Below are positions 24,527 through 31,597 of a DNA stretch of 32,000 nt, piece by piece. The translations under genes were made by a program, and so were the position numbers. The stretch lies in contig NZ_CP042911.1 in the NCBI RefSeq assembly GCF_008065095.1, positions 4,710,001-4,742,000 of the forward strand, read 5' to 3'. Position 1 is the stretch's first letter, and each line of letters opens with the position of its first letter. The notes below the pieces were generated by a model that saw only the letters and a program-made list of their open reading frames with translations, was not told the origin of the DNA and did no database searches. The DNA is from Gemmata obscuriglobus (GTDB lineage: Bacteria > Planctomycetota > Planctomycetia > Gemmatales > Gemmataceae).

Positions 24527-26233
24527 ATGTCGCACGCCGCGTTCCTCAGCGCCATCACCGACTCCCCGGACGATGACACCGCCCGGCTCGTTTACGCCGA
24601 TTTCCTGGACGAGCAGGGCAGTCCCGGCGAGAAGGACCGCGCCGAGTTCATCCGAACGCAGGTTCGGCTGGGTACGCTGGGCGAGACCGACCCGGAACGC
24701 ACGGCACTTGAGGACCGCGAGAACGAACTGCTCCGCAAGTACGAGCGGGTGTGGATAGGGCCGCTGCACGATCGGCTCGCCCGGGGACTCGCCCGCTGGC
24801 GGTTCGAGCGCGGTTTTTTGACCACCGTACAGGTCACCGCCGCGGCGCTCGCCAACCGGGGGGCGGCGCTGTTCGAAGCTCATCCGGTCAGCCGGGTGCG
24901 GCTGCTTGAAGTCGGGACGGGGGCAGAACGGTCGCTCGCCCGGGCGCGCTGGTGGTCCCACGTCCGCGATCTCGACACGGGCCGCACCGCGCCGACGTTC
25001 GCCCGGCTCGAAGCCCTGCTCCGGGCGCCGCACCTCACCCGGCTCCGCGCGTTCGGGTTCGACACGAGCGTGGAGAACGGGCCGAACCCGATCCTACCCG
25101 ACCTGCTCGCAACCAGCCCCGCGACCGCCAACCTCGAAGAGCTGCACGTCCGGGACCGGCGCCGCGACCCGGCCGAACTGCTCCCGTTCCTGAACGGCTC
25201 CCGGGTACGGGTGCTCAAGCTCAGCCAAAACGCGCTGACACAAGAGGGTTTGCGCGCGCTGCTCACGTCCCCGTTCGCCGCGGGGGACGTGCGCGTCCAC
25301 CTCGAAGGCCCGCGCCTCGGGCCGGAGCTGTGGCCGGCATTCACGGCCAAGAAGGCACGACCGGTCGTCGAGCGGATCGGCTTCGGCACCCGCACACAGC
25401 CCGCGGCGCTCGACCTGACGACCTTGCTTTCCAGCCCCGCCGCGGCCAACCTGACCGCACTGGACCTGGGCGAAACGAAGCTCAGCGGGGCCGCCATACG
25501 CGAACTCGCGGCGACCGACTTCCTGGCACGCGCCACCGAGCTGCGGCTGACGCGCTGTTACGTGGGCGTGAAGGGCATGGCGGCTCTCGCGGCGGCGCCG
25601 GCTCCGAACCTGCGCAAGCTCGCTCTGGGGGAGACGGAGCTCAAGGCCCGCGGCGTGTTCAAACTGTGCGAAGCGCCGTGGGCCGACGCGCTCACCGAAC
25701 TCGACCTGATGCGTAACGCGATCGACGACGACGCACTCGCGGACATGGCCGGCTCCGGGCGGTTCACCAACCTCCGGCACCTCGACCTCCGGGTGAACAG
25801 CCCGGACCTCGAAAGGTGTACAGTCGCGATCGGCGACCGAGGGGTCATGGCGCTCGCGGCGGCACCGAACTTCGCCCGGCTGCGGTCCCTGAACCTCTAC
25901 CGCACGCGCGTGACGGCGCGCGGCGTCGAGGCGCTGCTGAGCAGCCCGCACTTACGGCTCGCGGGCCTGGAACTCGGCGGGTACGATCTCGGGAGCGATC
26001 TCCCCGCGGTGCTCGCGCGGTCGCCGGCGCTGGCTCGGCTCACCGCCCTCTCGCTGTCGTTCACGCCCTCGCTCGGCGGGGACGCCCTGCTGCCGTTGGC
26101 CGAGTCGCCGCACCTGTCGCCGCTGTGCCGGCTCGACGTGCGGTACTGCCACGTGAGCGATCGCGTCGCCGCCGCGCTGGCCGCCCGACTGGGGCGCCGG
26201 CTCGAGAACCACCCCACGGTCGAGACCTGGTAA
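24527..26233 (+). CDS. TIGR02996-type N-terminal domain protein with ribonuclease-inhibitor-like leucine-rich repeats (paralog 1)
   Basis: The N-terminus FLSAITDSPDDDTARLVYADFLDEQGSPGEKDRAEFIRTQVRL matches the Gemmata repeat-companion domain as I recall it. Then ...WRFERGFLTTVQV, then about 28-29-residue repeats (e.g. LRHLDLRVN...IGDRGVMALAAAPNFARLRSLNLYRTRVTARGVEALLSSPHL). No signal peptide or TM. Confidence 0.85.
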   Translation: MSHAAFLSAITDSPDDDTARLVYADFLDEQGSPGEKDRAEFIRTQVRLGTLGETDPERTALEDRENELLRKYERVWIGPLHDRLARGLARWRFERGFLTTVQVTAAALANRGAALFEAHPVSRVRLLEVGTGAERSLARARWWSHVRDLDTGRTAPTFARLEALLRAPHLTRLRAFGFDTSVENGPNPILPDLLATSPATANLEELHVRDRRRDPAELLPFLNGSRVRVLKLSQNALTQEGLRALLTSPFAAGDVRVHLEGPRLGPELWPAFTAKKARPVVERIGFGTRTQPAALDLTTLLSSPAAANLTALDLGETKLSGAAIRELAATDFLARATELRLTRCYVGVKGMAALAAAPAPNLRKLALGETELKARGVFKLCEAPWADALTELDLMRNAIDDDALADMAGSGRFTNLRHLDLRVNSPDLERCTVAIGDRGVMALAAAPNFARLRSLNLYRTRVTARGVEALLSSPHLRLAGLELGGYDLGSDLPAVLARSPALARLTALSLSFTPSLGGDALLPLAESPHLSPLCRLDVRYCHVSDRVAAALAARLGRRLENHPTVETW

Positions 26234-26235
26234 CC

Positions 26236-27978
26236 ATGTCCACCGAAGCCGCCCTGCTCCGCGCGATCCGCGACCAGCCCGACGAGGACACGCCGCGGCT
26301 CGTCTACGCCGACTTCCTCGAAGAAGACGGGCACGGGGCGCGAGCGGAGTTCATTCGTCTCCAGGTGGAACGGGCGCGACTCCCCGACGGCGCCCCCCAG
26401 CGCGGCCCGCTTGAGGACCGCGAACACGAGTTGCTCGGCGAGTACGAGTGCGACTGGCTCGGGGTGCCGCCGGACGACACGGCCGAACTCACGGAGTGGG
26501 AGTTCGAGCGCGGGTTCGTTCACGAGGTCGCCGCCAGCCCGGTGTTCATGAACGGTCCGGGCGCCGACCTGTGCGCCGCCCACCCGGTGCGCCGCTGGCG
26601 GGTGACCTCCGGCGACCTGGGAACCAACTTCCCCGCGGACCTGCGCGAGGCCGGGCAGCGCGGCTGGTTCGCGCGGCTCGAAGCCGTGGACCTGACCGGC
26701 TGGTACCCGGACCTCGGCGAGATCAGCGGGTTCCTCGCGCGGTCGGCCTTCGACCGGCTCCGCGAACTGGACCTGACCGGCCGTGGGCCGCTCGACCCGC
26801 TCCCGGAGGTGCTGGAGTTCGCCCCGTTCCGCGACCGGCTGAAGGCGCTGCGGTGCGGCGCGGCCGGGTACGAGGGCGGCCGGCTCGACGCGGCCGAGTT
26901 CGCCCGGGCGATGGGCTCGGCGTGCCGGCTCGACGAGTTCGCGGCGGTCGCGGCACAGTTGACCGCCGACGACCTGCGCGCCCTGCTGTCCGCACCGGCA
27001 CTGATGGCGCTGACCGCGCTCGACGTTCGCGACAACCCGATCGCGGCCGACGGCTGGGAGGCGTTCCGCGCTGCACCGTTCCGGCTCCGCGAACTCGACA
27101 TCTCGGGCACCCAACTCGGGGGAGCACTGGGGCGGCTGCTCGGGTGCGCCGCGCTCCGCGACCTTCACCGGCTGCACATGAACCGGGCCGGCCTTGCAGC
27201 GGGCGATGTTGAGGAACTCGCCGCGTCGCGGTTCTGGACACAGGCGGAGGAGCTGCGCCTGCAACAGGGCGCCTGGGCGAACAACAACGATTACGACGAA
27301 GCCGGCGAGCCCGCAGGCCCCGTGTCGCTCGAAGCCCTGTTCAGCCGCCCGGGGCCGCCCCACCTGCGCGTTCTCGACATCGCGGGCAACGCCATCCGCA
27401 ACGCCGGCGCGGCCCGGCTCTGCGCCGCCCCCTGGGTCGAGTCCCTCACGTACCTCGATCTGTCGCAGAACTACCTTTCGGACGAGTCGCTGCGAAACAT
27501 TGCTGGGAGCGGGCGGTTCACCCGGCTGCACACCCTGCACCTGAACGGAAACAGTGTGTACCACCAGGCCGGGGCCGAACCGGGCGAATCGATCACCGAC
27601 GCCGGGTTGCGCGCCCTGGCGGAGTGCCCGGCCCTCGCGAACCTCCGGGTGCTCTCCCTCAGCGGTACGCGAATCACTGCGGCCGGGATCGAGGCGCTGC
27701 TGCACTCACCGCACTGGCGCCTGAGCGGGCTGCGCCTGTCTCACTGCCAGCTCCGCCCGGACGCGGTTGAAGTCCTGGCCGCGGCCCCGCAACTCGCCCG
27801 GCTCCAGGTGCTCGACATCGGCACCAACGACGACATCCGGGTGTCGGACCTCGCACCACTGGCCGAGTCGGAGTACCTGTCTCCACAAACCGAACTGGAC
27901 ATCCGCGGGCTGTACGCCGGCGACTCGAAGGTGCGCGCCGAGCTCGCGGACCGGCTCGGGCAGCGACTGAGCTCGTGA
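26236..27978 (+). CDS. TIGR02996-type N-terminal domain protein with ribonuclease-inhibitor-like leucine-rich repeats (paralog 2)
   Basis: ATG 26236 lies 2 bp after the stop of paralog 1. N-terminus LLRAIRDQPDEDTPRLVYADFLEEDGHGARAEFIRLQVERA, then ...WEFERGFVHEVAA, then LRRs (LTYLDLSQNYLSDESLRNIAGSGRFTRLHTLHLNGNSV...ITDAGLRALAECPALANLRVLSLSGTRITAAGIEALLHSPHW). The track ORF start 25816 is an out-of-gene extension overlapping paralog 1. Confidence 0.85.
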   Translation: MSTEAALLRAIRDQPDEDTPRLVYADFLEEDGHGARAEFIRLQVERARLPDGAPQRGPLEDREHELLGEYECDWLGVPPDDTAELTEWEFERGFVHEVAASPVFMNGPGADLCAAHPVRRWRVTSGDLGTNFPADLREAGQRGWFARLEAVDLTGWYPDLGEISGFLARSAFDRLRELDLTGRGPLDPLPEVLEFAPFRDRLKALRCGAAGYEGGRLDAAEFARAMGSACRLDEFAAVAAQLTADDLRALLSAPALMALTALDVRDNPIAADGWEAFRAAPFRLRELDISGTQLGGALGRLLGCAALRDLHRLHMNRAGLAAGDVEELAASRFWTQAEELRLQQGAWANNNDYDEAGEPAGPVSLEALFSRPGPPHLRVLDIAGNAIRNAGAARLCAAPWVESLTYLDLSQNYLSDESLRNIAGSGRFTRLHTLHLNGNSVYHQAGAEPGESITDAGLRALAECPALANLRVLSLSGTRITAAGIEALLHSPHWRLSGLRLSHCQLRPDAVEVLAAAPQLARLQVLDIGTNDDIRVSDLAPLAESEYLSPQTELDIRGLYAGDSKVRAELADRLGQRLSS

Positions 27979-28374
27979 TCTTACCCTGGTTCGCGCAGAG
28001 CAGTGTGATACGCGGGTCGTCATCCGCGCGTGGTGGGTTTGTGGGCTCGGCCAGTTGTTCGTTGCGGGCGCGGGCGGTAACGTCCGCAGCAATTTGTCGG
28101 AGGTCACCTTCCCGAGCGGCACGCGCTGGTCAGACGCTACGACGGAGACAAAGCACCTCATGATTTTTCCGCCCCCAGTATAAGCGCAGCTCGAATCAGT
28201 CGTCCACGATCTCCTCTTTAACGAAACCTCGTTTTCCTTGTTCGGTCCAATGAAAGGCGATTTTCCTGACTTGTACAGGCGTGCCGACAGTATATCCTTT
28301 CGCAGGTTCACTTCCCCGCCCGGTTCGTTCGGGTCGCCCCGGTCCGACCTGTGACGAGACCTTGAGACGTTGTC

Positions 28375-30276
28375 GTGTCAAACACTCCGTCGCACCCGGA
28401 TTTCGTCCCGACCGTCTTGATTGTCGATGACGACGACGATAACCGCCTGTCGCTGACCTGGCTCCTTGAGATCGCCGGGTTCAAGACGGTCGAGGCCGCG
28501 ACCGGTCCCGACGCGCTGCTCATGGCCCGCGGGGGCGTGGATCTGGTGCTGCTTGACGTGGTCCTGCCGGGGCTCGACGGCCACGAGGTGTGCCGCCAGC
28601 TCCGGGCCGACCCGGCCACCGCGGGGCTCCCGGTGGTGCTCCTGTCCGGTCACGCCGCGGAGCCCGCGGAGCGTGCCGCCGGGTTGGAGAACGGGGCCGA
28701 CGTGTACCTGACCAAACCGGCCGACCCGGTGACGCTCACGGCACAGTGTCGGACCCTCATCCGGGCCCGCCGGGCGGAGCAGGCGCTGCGCGACAGCGAG
28801 CGCCAGTACCGGTTGCTGTTCGAGGCCAACCCGCACCCGATGTGGGTGTACGAGCCTTCGACCCTGCGGTTCCTCGCGGTCAACGACATGGCGGTCGAGC
28901 GGTACGGGTACTCGCGGGCCGAGTTCCTGGGTATGACGCTGGCCGACATCCGCCCGGCCGAGGACGTGCCGGAGTTGCTCAACGCGGTCAAGAAGCCGCC
29001 CCCGCTCGACGCGACCGGCCGGGTGTGGCCGCACGTCCGAAAGGACGGCACCGTCCGCGAGGTGGAGATCGCCGCGCACGACATCGTGTACGACGGGCGC
29101 CCGGCCCGGCTGGTGCTGGCCCTCGACGTGACCGAGCGGCGCCGGCTGGAGGCGCAGTTGCGGCAGTCCCAGAAGATGGAAGCCGTGGGCCGGTTGGCGG
29201 GCGGGGTGGCCCACGACTTCAACAACCTGCTCACCGTCATTAACGGGTACACCGACCTGCTGCTCAAGGGCGCCGCACTCGACGCGGGCACCCGGGACTC
29301 CCTTCAGGAGGTTTACGCCGCCGGGAAGCGGGCCGCGGGGCTGACCCGGCAGTTGCTCGTGTTCAGCCGGCGGTCGGTGGCGGTCGCGTGCCGGGTCGAC
29401 CTGAACGACGTGGTGCGCGGGCTGGTGCCGATGCTCGGCCGGTTGATCGGCGAGGACATCGAGCTGACCGTCCGGGCCGCGGGCGGGCTGTGGCCGATCC
29501 GCGCCGACACCGGGCTCATCGAGCAGGTGGTGGTGAACCTGTGCGTGAACGCCCGGGACGCGATGCCCCGCGGCGGGCGGCTGACGGTCGAGACGTGGAA
29601 CGCCGTGTTGAGCGGCGAGCGCGCCGGAGAGTACGCCGTGCTGGCGGTCCGAGACACCGGCACGGGCATCGCGGCCGACGTGCTGCCGCACATCTTCGAG
29701 CCGTTCTTCACCACCAAAGGCCCGGATCGCGGAACGGGACTCGGGCTGTCCACCGTTCAGGGCATCGTCCATCAGTTCGGCGGTCACCTCGGGGTCGACA
29801 GCGAACTCGGGAAAGGAACCACATTCCGGGTGCAGTTGCCTCGTGGGGAAGCGCCGGAGGCGCCTCGGTTGCCCGTATTGCCCCTTCGCCCGGCCGATCG
29901 CGCCGCAACCGTGCTGATCGCCGAGGACGACGCGACGGTGCGTGCCCTGGCCGCACGTGTGCTTCGACAGGCCGGGTACACGGTTCTGGAAGCCGGGCGC
30001 GGGGAGGAAGCCCTACGACTGGCCAGGGACCATATTGGCACGGTGGACTTACTCCTGACGGACGTGGTCATGCCGGGTGTCGGTGGGCACGAACTGGTCG
30101 AGCGGCTCTGGCGCACAAACCCGAACATCCGGGTTCTCTTCACAAGCGGGTACATGGACGACGCTGTGGTGCGGCACGGCGTTGAAACCGCCAAGGTGAA
30201 CTTCCTTCAGAAGCCGTACACCCCGGCGTCTCTGGCTCACACGGTTCACGAGGTTCTGAATCGTCCAGTGAGGTAA
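28375..30276 (+). CDS. Hybrid sensor histidine kinase: REC-PAS-HisKA-HATPase_c-REC
   Basis: GTG start. N-terminal receiver ([28 protein letters not shown]). PAS ([20 protein letters not shown]...[27 protein letters not shown]). H-box [16 protein letters not shown]-box [12 protein letters not shown]-boxes RDTGTGI and GTGLGLS. C-terminal receiver ([33 protein letters not shown]). Confidence 0.9.
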   Translation: MSNTPSHPDFVPTVLIVDDDDDNRLSLTWLLEIAGFKTVEAATGPDALLMARGGVDLVLLDVVLPGLDGHEVCRQLRADPATAGLPVVLLSGHAAEPAERAAGLENGADVYLTKPADPVTLTAQCRTLIRARRAEQALRDSERQYRLLFEANPHPMWVYEPSTLRFLAVNDMAVERYGYSRAEFLGMTLADIRPAEDVPELLNAVKKPPPLDATGRVWPHVRKDGTVREVEIAAHDIVYDGRPARLVLALDVTERRRLEAQLRQSQKMEAVGRLAGGVAHDFNNLLTVINGYTDLLLKGAALDAGTRDSLQEVYAAGKRAAGLTRQLLVFSRRSVAVACRVDLNDVVRGLVPMLGRLIGEDIELTVRAAGGLWPIRADTGLIEQVVVNLCVNARDAMPRGGRLTVETWNAVLSGERAGEYAVLAVRDTGTGIAADVLPHIFEPFFTTKGPDRGTGLGLSTVQGIVHQFGGHLGVDSELGKGTTFRVQLPRGEAPEAPRLPVLPLRPADRAATVLIAEDDATVRALAARVLRQAGYTVLEAGRGEEALRLARDHIGTVDLLLTDVVMPGVGGHELVERLWRTNPNIRVLFTSGYMDDAVVRHGVETAKVNFLQKPYTPASLAHTVHEVLNRPVR

Positions 30277-30343
30277 ATGCGGTACGCTTTTTTCATCTCG
30301 GCCAACCTTCGACGCGGTGGAACCGTCGTTGGTGGGGTGGTGA

Positions 30344-30703
30344 ATGCCGAAGCTGTTACTGGCCGAAGAGAATGCGGCAGTTCGTAAGCTCGCGACTCGG
30401 GTCCTTGCACACGCGGGGTACCAAATCACTGCGGTCGCAAACAGGGCCGCGGCGCTTGCCGCTTTACTCCGCTCACCTCCGGACTGTGTTGCCGCCATTC
30501 TCAACCAAGGGGCACGCGGGCTCACCGGAACAGAAGTGATCGCACGCATTCGTTCCGTGCATCCGGCTTTACCAATTCTCCTCATCAGCGGAGGCCTGGA
30601 GCCACCCCTGGACAGTCACACTCGGTTCCTGGGCAAGCCGTTCATACCAGACAAACTCGTCTGGGAGGTGGCTTGGTTGCTGGCCCACTCGGCCATCTCG
30701 TGA
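30344..30703 (+). CDS. Stand-alone receiver-domain protein with Asn at the phospho-acceptor position (pseudo-receiver candidate)
   Basis: Aligns without gaps to the C-terminal receiver of the upstream kinase (LLLAEENAAVRKLATRVLAHAGY vs [23 protein letters not shown]). The DLLLTD Asp aligns with CVAAILN, where Asn54 is codon AAC at 30503-30505. The acidic pair DD is EN. Conserved Ser (LISGG) and Lys (GKPF) are retained. Confidence 0.75.
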   Translation: MPKLLLAEENAAVRKLATRVLAHAGYQITAVANRAAALAALLRSPPDCVAAILNQGARGLTGTEVIARIRSVHPALPILLISGGLEPPLDSHTRFLGKPFIPDKLVWEVAWLLAHSAIS

Positions 30704-30923
30704 AGCAGCACGCCAAAAAGATCTCGGCTCGAAAGGGACGCGTGCCAAGCTTGTGTGCAGGCACGCTACCCCTTGCACACGGAACGAGCATTCGGTCCTT
30801 GGCGGCAACTAAGCTATGGAAAATGAAATACGCGGAATGCCTTCAGTACAAACGACTTACATCTTTTTCGTTACCGTTTGTGACGAATTGGCGCGAGGTG
30901 TGCTTTAGTTATTACCATCGAAG

Positions 30924-31047
30924 CGGTTCGGTCAGCAGAACGGTGGGAGAGGCGTGCTGCTGAACGGATCGTCATCGAAGCAAAACACACTACCCGGGCG
31001 TGCGACAGTGGGGAGAGGCTGTCATATGTCCGGGTAGTGCCGTTTTT
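30924..31047 (+). ncRNA. Candidate small structured RNA: two stem-loops displaying a shared GUGGG(G)AGAGGC loop motif, ending in a T-run
   Basis: Stem-loop 1 pairs 30924-30938 with 30957-30971 (about 14 pairs including GU, one mismatch); its loop is aacGGTGGGAGAGGCgtg. Stem-loop 2 has a perfect outer stem 30988-30997 / 30030-style partner at 31030-31039 (10 bp). Its inner stem is gacag/ctgtc (31004-31008 / 31019-31023) with loop tGGGGAGAGG. TTTTT follows at 31043-31047. No convincing ORF covers the region. Expression is not demonstrated. Confidence 0.25.
30988..31047 (+). terminator. Rho-independent-terminator-like structure
   Basis: A 10-bp perfect stem cactacccgg / ccgggtagtg enclosing a smaller hairpin, followed 3 nt later by TTTTT (31043-31047). 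Confidence 0.45.
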
Positions 31048-31260
31048 GGCGGTGAGAGTTCCAATCTCATTCGGTTATTCTCCAGGCGAGAGAGTGCTTG
31101 CCGGAAGATTGTGGACCCGAGCGACTTCCTGCCAGTCTCGCGATTCCTTTTGCTGCGGTGGCAATAGCCGTCAGGCATTGCACGAATAAACGAACATTTT
31201 CAATTACAAAATATACACAACAAGTCCTTCTGCTCTGATACATGAACCCGCAATGGGTGT

Positions 31261-31343
31261 CGCTTTTGTCGACGAGCCGCGACCGCCAGGGAGCGGTGCC
31301 ACGTACCCCGCTCCCTGGCGGTCGCGGCTCGTCAAGAAAAGCG
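31261..31343. repeat. Long GC-rich palindrome (26-bp perfect arms, extendable to about 36 bp)
   Basis: gacgagccgcgaccgccagggagcgg (31271-31296) is the exact reverse complement of 31308-31333, with an 11-nt loop tgccacgtacc. Flanks cgcttttgtc / aagaaaagcg add 8 more pairs after two mismatches. The palindrome produces mirrored artefact ORFs on both strands (31253..31453 + and 31204..31464 -). Confidence 0.85.
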
Positions 31344-31597
31344 ACACTCCCACCGGGCACGTGTATGAGGTGACGCCTGCTCGGCGGAGCAGATTCCCGA
31401 GCCCACGCAGTTTCACCGCTCGCTCGCCCCAGTTCCCACCCAAATCCGGTTGAACAGCGCGCACGCTGGTCGGGACCCGGCCACCGCACCCCGGCGGTAC
31501 GGCGAAGTGGGGCGCACCGCCCGGCCAGACTGTTCGTCCGATGTCTCGGCTCTAAGATGTCAAGCGATTCGCCGAACTTCCAAAGGGAACACACTTC

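Noticed and set aside
22999-25033. Minus-strand ORFs 22999..24051 (350 aa) and 23984..25033 (349 aa)
   Set aside because: They are antisense to the RTX gene, the 128-aa ORF and the first LRR gene. They mirror the repeat structure of the RTX gene and have a shadow-ORF composition.
25897-27705. 602-aa minus-strand ORF, plus related ORFs 25094..25951 and 24880..25536
   Set aside because: They are antisense to the two TIGR02996-LRR genes. Composition is extreme Arg/Gly/Pro/Ala with no recognisable domain. The sense-strand products have clear repeats and paralog support.
28378-29787. 469-aa minus-strand ORF
   Set aside because: It is antisense to the hybrid histidine kinase, whose H, N and G boxes are unambiguous. 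The composition is that of a shadow ORF.
30673-30963. 96-aa plus-strand ORF after the receiver gene (also a 30-codon ATG ORF at 30816..30908)
   Set aside because: It overlaps the end of the receiver gene out of frame. Composition is atypical (Cys/Ser-rich, low GC3) and no RBS-like context was seen. It is treated as noncoding.
31204-31464. 86-aa minus-strand ORF and 66-aa plus-strand ORF (31253..31453) sharing the peptide DEPRPPGSG...PWRSRLV
   Set aside because: Both arise because the 26-bp perfect palindrome reads similarly on both strands. There is no independent coding evidence.
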